Part shown: positions 26,253 through 34,672 of the stretch, piece after piece
Position numbering within the stretch: position 1 is the first letter of the stretch
Layout: the number at the start of each line of letters is the position of its first letter
Origin: an uncultured Prevotellaceae bacterium
Lineage (GTDB): Bacteria; Bacteroidota; Bacteroidia; Bacteroidales; Bacteroidaceae
DNA: 64,000 nucleotides
Direction of reading: 5' to 3'
Assembly (NCBI GenBank): GCA_900316505.1
Contig: ONDH01000005.1
Span: 48,053-112,052, forward strand
The notes under the pieces: generated by a model
The model's input: only the letters and a program-made list of their open reading frames with translations
Told to the model about the DNA's origin: nothing
The model's database searches: none
Made by a program: the position numbers and the translations under genes

Positions 26253-28742
26253 TTATATATTCGCGATACTCATAATATCCGCGAACACACCAGCGGCAGT
26301 CACAGAGGCACCTGCACCATATCCCTGAATGAGCATCGGGTACTGATTGTAACGTTCGGTAGTGATGAGAATGATGTTGTTGGAACCTTCGAGGTCGTAG
26401 AACGGATGGCGTTCCCCCACTCTTTCCAGCGCAACAGAACCCTTGCCGTTCTCCAGCTTTGCCACAAAACGCCAATGCTGATGAGCAGCCTCCACTTCCT
26501 GACGCTCTTTCTCGAACTGCGCATCCAGCGAGGGCAGATTCTTCCAGAAGTCCTCCAACGAGCCTTCAAAGAACGACTGTGGAATGAACAGATGCTTCTC
26601 CACATCCTCCTGATTCATCTTGTAACCTGCTTCACGAGAAAGGATGACCAACTTGCGAATCACATCCTTACCGCTCAGGTCAATACGTGGGTCAGGCTCT
26701 GCATAACCCTCCTCCTTCGCACGGCGCACCGTCTCGCTGAAGGGCACATCGGCAGAAATCGTGTTGAAGATGAAGTTCAGCGTACCACTCAGCACTGCTT
26801 CCAACTTCAGAATCTTGTCACCCGAATTGATGAGGTCGTTGATGGTATTGATGATAGGCAGACCAGCACCTACATTCGTCTCGAAGAGATACTTCACACC
26901 ACGCTTGCGTGCCGTCGCCTTCAGTCTTGCATAATTATCGTAGTCGCTCGATGCAGCCACCTTGTTGGCAGCCACCACCGAGATGTTGTTGCTCAGGAAG
27001 GCTTCATACAGCCCTGCCACATCAGCACTTGCCGTACAATCCACAAACACGCTGTTGAAGATGTTCATGCCAATCACCTCTTCCTTCAGACGCTCCAAAT
27101 TGCTGGCTGGTGCAGTCTTCAGGTATTCACGCACTCGCTGAGCAACTCCTAACTCCTCACTCCTAACTCCTAACTCAGAAAGGTCTATGCCGTTCCTGTC
27201 AAACATGGCATTGTGACCACTCGCAATGCCCACCACATTGATTTGCAGATTGCGCTCCTTCATCAGCTTCTGACGCTGACCGGCAATCTGTTCCAGCAAA
27301 CTGCCACCCACCGTGCCTACACCACACAGGAACACGTTCAGCACCTGATACTCCGACAGGAAGAACGAGTCATGAATCACGTTCAGGCTCTTCCTGAGGC
27401 TCTTCCGCTCCACCACAAACGAAATGTTCGTCTCGCTCGCACCTTGTGCACAAGCAATCACGCTGATACCATTCCTTCCCAACGTACCGAAGAGTTTACC
27501 TGCAATGCCAGGCGTATGCTTCATGTTCTCACCCACAATGGCAACAGTAGCCAAGTCGCGCTCCAGCTTCATCTTGTACATCGCGCCCATCTCTATCTCC
27601 TTGGCAAACTCCTTGTTCAGCACTTCGCAGGCACGGTCTGCATCGTCATCTGTCACACCGATGGACGTGCTGTTCTCTGAACTTGCCTGACTCACCATGA
27701 ACACGCTGATGCCATTCTCTGCCAACGTGGTGAAGATGCGACGGTTCACACCAATCACACCCACCATCGACAGACCGCTCACCGTAATGAGGCTCGTGTT
27801 GTTGATGGACGAGATGCCCTTGATGGCACGTCCCTCATCCTCCTCCACCACATTCGTGATGATGGTGCCCTTATCCTCAGGACGGAACGTGTTCTTGACC
27901 CAAATGGGGATATTCTTGATGCACACAGGGTAAATCGTGGGAGGATACACCACCTTCGCACCGAAGTTGCACAACTCCGTAGCCTCCACATAGGACAGAC
28001 GCTCAATCGGATATGCCGTGTTGATGACACGAGGGTCTGCCGTCATAAAGCCCGACACATCCGTCCATATCTCCAGCACCTTCGCATCCAACGCCGCAGC
28101 AAGGATGGCAGCCGTATAGTCCGAACCACCACGTCCAAGATTCGTCACCTCGCCCGTCACACTGTCGGTAGAGATGAAGCCACCTGCCACACACACCTTG
28201 TGGTCAGCAGTGCCATTCCTGAAACTCTTGAACACATCCAAAATCAAGGGATTGCTCACAGAATTGCTGAACAAATTCCTTCCCTGCTTATGTTTGGTCT
28301 TGATAAATTCCAATGAGTTATACCACTTTGCACCCTCAATCAGCGCAGCCACAATATTGCTGCTGATGCGCTCTCCATACGAAACAATCACATTGCTCGT
28401 CTTCTCGCTCAAATCGCCAATCAGGAACACACCCTGATAGATGCTCTTCAACTGTCCCAACAAATCATCCACTGTAGCCAGCAAAGTGTCCTTCTTCTTT
28501 GTGTCTGTGATGATGGCATCAATCATCTGATGGTGACGTTCCACCATTTCCTCGTATGATGTCAGATATGTGGCATCACCTGCCACAGCAAGTTTCGATG
28601 TGTTAATCAACTTGTCAGTGATGCCACCCAATGCTGACACCACCACAACAACAGGTTCCTGTTGTCCTTCCACAATATTCTTCAAATTGAGAATACTCTC
28701 CACGGAACCTACGGATGTTCCGCCAAACTTTAATACTTTCAC
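26253..28742 (-). CDS. thrA: Bifunctional aspartokinase / homoserine dehydrogenase
   Basis: GTG start giving (M)KVLKFGGTSVG. The 829-aa protein has an aspartokinase half, ACT-like middle region and homoserine dehydrogenase half. Confidence 0.9.
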   Translation of the reverse strand: MKVLKFGGTSVGSVESILNLKNIVEGQQEPVVVVVSALGGITDKLINTSKLAVAGDATYLTSYEEMVERHHQMIDAIITDTKKKDTLLATVDDLLGQLKSIYQGVFLIGDLSEKTSNVIVSYGERISSNIVAALIEGAKWYNSLEFIKTKHKQGRNLFSNSVSNPLILDVFKSFRNGTADHKVCVAGGFISTDSVTGEVTNLGRGGSDYTAAILAAALDAKVLEIWTDVSGFMTADPRVINTAYPIERLSYVEATELCNFGAKVVYPPTIYPVCIKNIPIWVKNTFRPEDKGTIITNVVEEDEGRAIKGISSINNTSLITVSGLSMVGVIGVNRRIFTTLAENGISVFMVSQASSENSTSIGVTDDDADRACEVLNKEFAKEIEMGAMYKMKLERDLATVAIVGENMKHTPGIAGKLFGTLGRNGISVIACAQGASETNISFVVERKSLRKSLNVIHDSFFLSEYQVLNVFLCGVGTVGGSLLEQIAGQRQKLMKERNLQINVVGIASGHNAMFDRNGIDLSELGVRSEELGVAQRVREYLKTAPASNLERLKEEVIGMNIFNSVFVDCTASADVAGLYEAFLSNNISVVAANKVAASSDYDNYARLKATARKRGVKYLFETNVGAGLPIINTINDLINSGDKILKLEAVLSGTLNFIFNTISADVPFSETVRRAKEEGYAEPDPRIDLSGKDVIRKLVILSREAGYKMNQEDVEKHLFIPQSFFEGSLEDFWKNLPSLDAQFEKERQEVEAAHQHWRFVAKLENGKGSVALERVGERHPFYDLEGSNNIILITTERYNQYPMLIQGYGAGASVTAAGVFADIMSIANI
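27144..27178. repeat. Five tandem heptamers (AACTCCT-like) inside thrA
   Basis: The units read aactcct aactcct cactcct aactcct aactcag and are translated as ...SELGVRSEELGV.... Confidence 0.85.
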
Positions 28743-29011
28743 GATGAAAAATACAAGTTAAAATTGTTACTAAAACGAAGCATGCAGGCTCTTGGCACGT
28801 AGGCAGACATACAACATCCGCGTGACATGTTACGCACCATGCCATCGCGCACACCTCAAAAATCGGGTACAAAGTTACTACTTTTTCACCGTGTGGCAAA
28901 AGAAAAAGCCCTAAAGTCGTTTGGACTTCAAGGCTTTTCACTTATTTGGAAGGATTTTTGGCTTTTCACCCTCACAAATCATGGAGGGTTGAGGGGCGTC
29001 TGCATCTTTTC

Positions 29012-29638
29012 CTACCTGATGAAATTCATCGGGTTCCACGCTTCCCTTTCAGGATACTGAGGAGCACCCTCGGCATGGAGTTTCCTCAACAGGAAAGCCA
29101 TATTATCTGCCAAGGTGCGCATGGTTTGCATGCCTTCTGCATCCTGTGCTGCCTCGCCAGGATCACGCCCATAAGCGATGTTCCAATACTGCGATGTCAC
29201 CACAGGCATGTTCATCATCATGAAGGGCATGTTCATCGTCTGGAAAGCTGCCGTAGCACCACCACGACGACACACGGCAATGGCTGCAGCGGGTTTATTC
29301 ACAAACAACGGACCTGCCGAGAAGAACAGACGCTGCACCAACGATAAGGCTGCACCCGTTGGTTGTCCATAATACACAGGTGAACCAATGATGAAGCCAT
29401 CACACGTCGCCATCTTCTCCACAATGCGATTGCACACATCATCATCGAAAGCACAACGTCCCAAACTCTTCGCACGACATTGTCCACAAGCGATGCAACT
29501 GCGCACAGGCTTCACACCCACCTGCACAATCTCAGCATCCACCCCATTCTTTTCCAACTGCTTGGCCACCTCACTCAATGCAGCCATCGTGTTGCCCTCC
29601 TTATGAGGACCCGCATTCACTAAAAGCACTTTACTCAT
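29012..29638 (-). CDS. Flavodoxin-fold NAD(P)H-dependent FMN reductase / iron-sulfur flavoprotein-like protein
   Basis: MSKVLLVNAGPHKEGNT..., the Cys cluster CIACGQC...C, and GFIIGSPVYYG. Confidence 0.75.
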   Translation of the reverse strand: MSKVLLVNAGPHKEGNTMAALSEVAKQLEKNGVDAEIVQVGVKPVRSCIACGQCRAKSLGRCAFDDDVCNRIVEKMATCDGFIIGSPVYYGQPTGAALSLVQRLFFSAGPLFVNKPAAAIAVCRRGGATAAFQTMNMPFMMMNMPVVTSQYWNIAYGRDPGEAAQDAEGMQTMRTLADNMAFLLRKLHAEGAPQYPEREAWNPMNFIR

Positions 29639-29664
29639 AATTCTTTATATTTGTATTTAATTAT

Positions 29665-29790
29665 TCAAGTTTCTGAAGTTATCGCTACGCTCTGGAGTTA
29701 AGCCATTACCTATATCCGGACGTTTTCCACCAGCCTGAGTATCGGCTTAACCACTTAACTACTGACTACTTAACTACTTCAGAAATTTGA
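29665..29790. repeat. Intergenic palindromic element with short-tandem-repeat arms and a GTTATCGCTNCGCTC core
   Basis: Outer inverted repeat tcaagtttctgaagt (29665-29679) / acttcagaaatttga (29776-29790), 14 of 15 matching. The core is at 29678-29704. The right arm reads cttaact actgact acttaac tacttca. Confidence 0.8.
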
Positions 29791-29796
29791 GTCTTT

Positions 29797-30696
29797 TTAT
29801 TTGTCTTCCACAACCTCCGCTCCATCTTCTTGTTCATAATAATAAGAATAGTCGATACCCTTCATAAACAGTTCGCGGTCATCAATACGATCAGTCAGGG
29901 CTTGTTGGAGCAAATGCTTGATGGCATTGGCATCTGCCACACTTCTGCGCATCGCTTCAAGGTATTCCTTCTTGTCTATCTTGCTCCAATCCACACACTT
30001 CTTCAAACGTTTCTTAAATATCAAATCAAGCCAGATGCGTGTAGAGCGTCCATTACCTTCCATGAAGGGGTGAGCCACGTTCATCTCCACATACTTGTTG
30101 ACAATCTCCTCGAAAGTGTTCTCTGGCATCTGCTCAATAGCCCTTAGATTCCTTGACAGCAATTCCGCACGACAGAACAGCGTACCATCCTTCCAAATCG
30201 TCTTTGTCCGTATCCGACCTGCAAAGTCGTAAAGCCCACCAAAGAGGTAGGCATGTATCTGTTGCAGAGCCTTTACCGTCCCAGGTTCCATGCTGTCAAG
30301 TATTCCACTCTCTATCAGAGTATAAGCCTTCTTCTTGCTCTGCCCGTCAATACTATTGTCGCTATAAACAAACCAGTCGAGGAAGGCAGTAGCACGATTG
30401 TTGGGAATCGCTTGTGCAAGCAAGGTAACACTCTTTTGATCAACAACATCTGTCATACGTTTCTTGCCATCAGGAGCAGTTAGTTTCAACTGGTTAGTGG
30501 CACTAACCACTTCATTCTGTTCCTTTTTCAGTTTCGTTTTCAGATATTTCCAGTAGTTGCGGTTTTTCTGATAGTCGTCTTGTTCATTGATGGCTCCAAC
30601 AATATCAAGCACAGAGAACCACCACTTGGAATGTTCCTCATCCCAAATGGCTCGCACCTCATAATCCTTATAAAAACGAATAGACTGCTTACTCAT
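29797..30696 (-). CDS. Bro-N-like domain fused to a Fic (AMPylase-type) domain
   Basis: The N-terminus resembles Bro-N/DinD proteins (YEVRAIWDEEHSKWWFSVLDIVGAI...). The Fic motif is HPFMEGNGRSTR, and the C-terminus contains SYYYEQ. Confidence 0.8.
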   Translation of the reverse strand: MSKQSIRFYKDYEVRAIWDEEHSKWWFSVLDIVGAINEQDDYQKNRNYWKYLKTKLKKEQNEVVSATNQLKLTAPDGKKRMTDVVDQKSVTLLAQAIPNNRATAFLDWFVYSDNSIDGQSKKKAYTLIESGILDSMEPGTVKALQQIHAYLFGGLYDFAGRIRTKTIWKDGTLFCRAELLSRNLRAIEQMPENTFEEIVNKYVEMNVAHPFMEGNGRSTRIWLDLIFKKRLKKCVDWSKIDKKEYLEAMRRSVADANAIKHLLQQALTDRIDDRELFMKGIDYSYYYEQEDGAEVVEDK

Positions 30697-30706
30697 ATTC
30701 TTTTTG

Positions 30707-30714
30707 CAAAGGTA
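30707..30714 (-). promoter_or_regulatory. -7 box TACCTTTG only 11 nt upstream of the Bro-N::Fic ATG, abutting the stop of the upstream gene
   Basis: The plus strand reads caaaggta at 30707-30714. Confidence 0.4.
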
Positions 30715-30715
30715 A

Positions 30716-31468
30716 TCATTTTATTTCAAACATTTGTAACAAATATATTTCAGTCTCATTTGTATATATTGGAGAAACTCGCTTTTTACTGTGCATAACA
30801 ACATGTGTGACATTCTCTCCAGGATTTATCCTTGCGTTATAAAGTTGATTTCCTTTGAGTTGACAACATGAAAAGCAGTACCGTTTCTGCTCGCTAAAAC
30901 ACCTTATACGACTTAGAAAGTTCGCAAATCTTCCCCATCTCGTATGAACAGGATTAAGAATTATATCGACATTATCAAGCACTTTAGAAAAACGTCGCTT
31001 CAAATCCGAGCGATTACGCAAGCGAAACTCCGCACTTCCAGTGCTGCCTTTCAATATATTATTTTCACCACATTGGATTATTAGAAAGCGCTTTCCTGAC
31101 ACTTCAAATTGTCTGTGTTGTTCCAGTTCTTCAATGAGATTCCCTATGTTTTCTTCCGTTGCTTCATTTGTTGTGGAGAACACTTGATTTGTTTCAAGGT
31201 CTATAATACGATTGTTATGCAACAAATATAATTTATTGCCATCTAAACCTTGATGTTCATTTAGTTCAAACAGTGCGCTAATCCGCTTGTGAGCGACACT
31301 TTCACCTATTTTGTACAAATCCTCTGGACTCTTTAATATATGCTCACTAAACATTACGAAATCAGCGCTCGTTTCATTAAGGATGTTCGATATGGCATTA
31401 ATACGGAACTCCCGTTCTTTACCCGACAGGCGAGAATATTCAGGAAATGATACTAACAGTATTTTCAT
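30716..31468 (-). CDS. Hypothetical protein (250 aa) with no confidently recognisable family
   Basis: Clean AT-rich ORF with its own -7 box (TAAGTTTG, 31499-31506). It weakly resembles the nitrilase-superfamily layout (FVMFSEH, LIIQCGEN, VDIILNP) and has a C-terminal Cys cluster CFSEQKRYCFSCC. Confidence 0.6.
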   Translation of the reverse strand: MKILLVSFPEYSRLSGKEREFRINAISNILNETSADFVMFSEHILKSPEDLYKIGESVAHKRISALFELNEHQGLDGNKLYLLHNNRIIDLETNQVFSTTNEATEENIGNLIEELEQHRQFEVSGKRFLIIQCGENNILKGSTGSAEFRLRNRSDLKRRFSKVLDNVDIILNPVHTRWGRFANFLSRIRCFSEQKRYCFSCCQLKGNQLYNARINPGENVTHVVMHSKKRVSPIYTNETEIYLLQMFEIK

Positions 31469-31498
31469 GTTCTTTTTATATTTTTCGAAATCCTATTG

Positions 31499-31506
31499 CA
31501 AACTTA
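31499..31506 (-). promoter_or_regulatory. -7 box TAAGTTTG upstream of the 250-aa orphan gene
   Basis: The plus strand reads caaactta, 31 nt from the ATG. Confidence 0.4.
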
Positions 31507-31648
31507 ATCTTTTAAATTCAAACCTGCTAATATTTTATCATCCTGGTCAAGGTTGAACCACTGCGTCTATCCTTTCAGCCCCATCTGAATACGCGATTCT
31601 ACATCAAAAATTTGGCATAATAATATTTGTCCTTTACCTTCGTTTATG

Positions 31649-32431
31649 TTATTCTTTTTTTATTTTAAGATTCCATCCCTGCTTCTGAATGAAGCGTATG
31701 AGGTTCATAACATTTACAATACTCCATTGGTTGGATACAACAAATTTGACCCCATCACTACTTTGCAGAATAAATTGCCGTTTCACCTGATGCCTGTATG
31801 AGCCTGTAATTATTTTCAGTCTTTTTGCATTCTCAATATTTTCTTCTAACATTTTCCATTGATTCCAGTCGCCCAACAAGTCATCATTGAAAATTTTCTT
31901 TAGAGCAAGCATAGTGGTTTGTGGATGTACGTTGAGATATTCTTTTACAACATCAAAACCTAATCGACTCTTATAAGACACTTTGCCATTTAGGATGATA
32001 CTGATTTTTCCAGCCATGTCCTCTATAGTGAAATCTTTTTCTTTTACATCTGTTGGAGGAGCAACATTTTTTGGAGATGAAACAATCGTTTTTTTTCTAT
32101 GATAGACTTTAATCTCAGCATCATCAAGGAGCATAGCAACATCTTGAAAAATCTCAAGGGCTTCTTCTGGCTTGACATTAAAGAACTCACGGTTATTACG
32201 AATACGACGATTTGTGAAACGTTCTATAGAATGGTGAACATGTTTCTCCGCCTCGTTATATTTTGTGGTTTTCATTGTGGCAAATATCACAAAGGGAAGG
32301 GGGACAGATGTATTGTCAAGTTCCTTGCTTCTCACATCCACAGGACGCGAGCTCTTTCCTATCTTCACCCAATCTTCACGGAAACTGGGATTGGTCAGTA
32401 TATATACGTATCCTGGTTCTTTGTTTGCCAT
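31649..32431 (-). CDS. GIY-YIG-like (T5orf172/MUG113-type) domain protein with an uncharacterised C-terminal domain
   Basis: N-terminus PGYVYILTNPSFREDWVKIGKSSRPVDVRSKEL...REFF. The C-terminal half was not recognised. Confidence 0.7.
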   Translation of the reverse strand: MANKEPGYVYILTNPSFREDWVKIGKSSRPVDVRSKELDNTSVPLPFVIFATMKTTKYNEAEKHVHHSIERFTNRRIRNNREFFNVKPEEALEIFQDVAMLLDDAEIKVYHRKKTIVSSPKNVAPPTDVKEKDFTIEDMAGKISIILNGKVSYKSRLGFDVVKEYLNVHPQTTMLALKKIFNDDLLGDWNQWKMLEENIENAKRLKIITGSYRHQVKRQFILQSSDGVKFVVSNQWSIVNVMNLIRFIQKQGWNLKIKKE

Positions 32432-32442
32432 CTTATTCTTAG

Positions 32443-32525
32443 GTTTTGGATTTCATCGCAAAGGTACGAACAACTCATCACAATACAAAATATAAGTGGA
32501 TGTTTTTTCTTTCCTTATCTCATCC
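32443..32525 (-). repeat. Promoter cassette copy 1 (-7 TACCTTTG at 32459-32466, -33 TTTG at 32486-32489), upstream of the GIY-YIG gene
   Basis: About 65 nt are nearly identical to 33556-33621 and 34684-34749. Confidence 0.8.
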
Positions 32526-32589
32526 AACACTTTCCCGTTATACGAGAAATACTTGGCACCTTGATACGCACCAGAGGTGTTGCGATGCT

Positions 32590-33447
32590 CTATTTCTTTG
32601 GCAGTTTCGATTTATCTTTCAACATATCCTTCTCATCTTTTGCTACACGACGTTCCACCTTCTTGATGTTTTCTGCAGGTGGCAGTTCCTCTGGTTTTAT
32701 GCCACGCTGGCTTAACATGCCACGAACGCTGCGGTTATTCTGTACATGTTCAGCTGTGATATTGGCTTCGCCATAGAGGTCTTTCTGCTCTACGTTATAA
32801 TTGGTCATTTCCGTAGCAAGATTCTTGGCGGCAATCGTCAGTGTAGGCAGATAATCAGCCAAGGCACCGCTCTTGATGCCAAGCCTCTGTTTCATCTGCT
32901 CCGTTGAAAGCCCTCCAAACAGGGCATAATCCCCTTTGGAGCGAATACGTCCAAAGCCTCTATCATCCACTCCACGCTGATAAATATTGCGACTTAACTG
33001 TTTTTCAGAGGCACGCAAGCGTTCACGGGTATTCAAACGAGCCAACTCGTTCAAACGTTCTTCTATGAGTTCCGCCTTACGAGTCTGAACGGCGAAGTAA
33101 CTTTGTGCAAAGGCTACTTCTTCTTTCTTCGGGTCACCGTTCTGTGCTATCAAGTAACAGGCATAACGGGTAAGCATAAAGTCCTGTACTTCACGCTGTG
33201 CGCCTTTAGCTAAAGCTATCATTTTCGTGGTCTCACGAAAATGATCATCCACATTGATTCCCAATGTCTTACATGATTCAATCGCACGACCAATCGCCAC
33301 CACGAAATTCTCCCAACGGGCATAGCCTAACACCTGTTGCAGTTCACGTGCATACCATACTTCGATGGTATTGCCTTCGTCATCATTGATGCTCTTTGCT
33401 ATCAAATCAAAGACTGATTTATATTCCTCTATTTTCGTTATATCCAT
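32590..33447 (-). CDS. dinD: DNA-damage-inducible protein D homologue (Bro-N family)
   Basis: Strong similarity to my recollection of E. coli DinD, for example MLTRYACYLIAQNGDPKKEEVAFAQSYFAVQTRKAEL against [37 protein letters not shown]. Confidence 0.8.
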   Translation of the reverse strand: MDITKIEEYKSVFDLIAKSINDDEGNTIEVWYARELQQVLGYARWENFVVAIGRAIESCKTLGINVDDHFRETTKMIALAKGAQREVQDFMLTRYACYLIAQNGDPKKEEVAFAQSYFAVQTRKAELIEERLNELARLNTRERLRASEKQLSRNIYQRGVDDRGFGRIRSKGDYALFGGLSTEQMKQRLGIKSGALADYLPTLTIAAKNLATEMTNYNVEQKDLYGEANITAEHVQNNRSVRGMLSQRGIKPEELPPAENIKKVERRVAKDEKDMLKDKSKLPKK

Positions 33448-33530
33448 ATTGTTCTTGGGTGGTTCTTTTATTCAGGTCCGTTGGTAGTCATATTGCAGTT
33501 TTACACCAAAATTATCGTCGATGTCCACCT

Positions 33531-33690
33531 TTTTCCTGCTTCATGACTTTTTTGTTTTCAATCGCAAAGGTACGAATAAGTCATCACAATACAAAATATA
33601 AGTGGATGTTTTTTCTTGGCATCTTCTTTCACCTTTTCTCTCCTTATCCTTTCCCTTCAATCACTTCCCAATGCCCCGTCTTTTTGCTTC
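33531..33690 (-). repeat. Promoter cassette copy 2 (-7 at 33565-33572, -33 at 33592-33595), flanked by a Fic 5' remnant and the real Fic 3' end
   Basis: About 150 nt match 34657-34815 with only a handful of mismatches. It contains the remnant start MKQEKGGHRR* (33512-33544). Confidence 0.85.
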
Positions 33691-34672
33691 CCACACGTTT
33701 GATGATGCCCTCTTCTTTCAACTCACCGAGGCGACGTTTTACCGTTGCTTCAGAAGCATCGATGAGGGCAGCATATTCGGCATAGTTGAGAGTTGCATCT
33801 TGCTGAATAGCTTGATATAGGCGCCCTTTTATCGGGTCAGCGAATGATTTTATCGGGTCAGAAGAAGCTTTTATCAGGTCACCCTCTTGTGTCTTCTTGT
33901 ATTCCTCTATCTCCTTACTGATGTTGCGGATGTGCTCTTCCATCATAAATGCGCGGAAGGGGGCAAGCGATTCCTGTTCCCTTGAGTCTATCAGGGCTTG
34001 GATATATTCTGCTTTGTCTTCTTTGATGATTTTCACGGGCACAAGCCCAAATTCATATTGCAATTGATTCATCACGAGGCGAGACATGCGCCCATTGCCA
34101 TCCACCCACGGATGAATGGTCACCAACTGGTAGTGTGCATCGAAACTCAGCTGGTATTTGGCTATCATGTCTTCCGATTCCATCAGTTGATGGCGATTCC
34201 GATTGAGTTGTTCGCAAAACTCTGCTAACTTGCCAGGAACTTTCTGATAGTTCATATAAGAACGCCCACCTGTGCCTGCTGTCACCCCGACCAATCGGAG
34301 GTCGCCTTTCGAAGCATCAAAAGAGCCTTGTGCAGTATTGTACATGGCACCTGTATTCTTCATCACCAGGGCAGACAGGCTTTTCAGCATCTCTACGGAG
34401 AAGTCTGCATGCAAACGAGCCAGCTGCATGGACTGTTCATAGGCTGCTTTCAAGTCGAGATTCATCATCTGTTCTTGCAGGGTGCGTCCCTTGGCTGTGA
34501 TGCCCTCATCAAACAGGAGTTGATTCTCTATCTCCGTCACGGTACTGCCTTCAATGGCTGTTGAATGGGTAATAAGCGAATAGAGATAGAACTTCTGGTA
34601 GTCTATCTGCTCGGCGATGTCCAAAGAATGATGCTCTTCAAGTAGCCTCAACAATTTTTCTTCCTGCTTCAT
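33644..34672 (-). CDS. Fic-family protein with a C-terminal winged-helix domain
   Basis: Fic motif HPWVDGNGRMSR and N-terminal inhibitory-helix motif STAIEG. The C-terminus reads ATVKRRLGELKEEGIIKRVGSKKTGHWEV. Confidence 0.85.
   Translation of the reverse strand: MKQEEKLLRLLEEHHSLDIAEQIDYQKFYLYSLITHSTAIEGSTVTEIENQLLFDEGITAKGRTLQEQMMNLDLKAAYEQSMQLARLHADFSVEMLKSLSALVMKNTGAMYNTAQGSFDASKGDLRLVGVTAGTGGRSYMNYQKVPGKLAEFCEQLNRNRHQLMESEDMIAKYQLSFDAHYQLVTIHPWVDGNGRMSRLVMNQLQYEFGLVPVKIIKEDKAEYIQALIDSREQESLAPFRAFMMEEHIRNISKEIEEYKKTQEGDLIKASSDPIKSFADPIKGRLYQAIQQDATLNYAEYAALIDASEATVKRRLGELKEEGIIKRVGSKKTGHWEVIEGKG

Noticed and set aside
28743-29011. Possible threonine-type leader peptide or attenuator upstream of thrA
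   Set aside because: The only small ORF on the correct strand (MAWCVTCHADVVCLPTCQ...) is Cys-rich rather than Thr/Ile-rich and runs into thrA out of frame. I found no terminator/antiterminator pair that I could support.
32554-32570. Sigma-54-like TGGCAC element (rpoN is in the window)
   Set aside because: The downstream half does not match TTGC at the required spacing, it is on the + strand with no + strand gene to drive, and other TGGCAC hits are inside coding regions.
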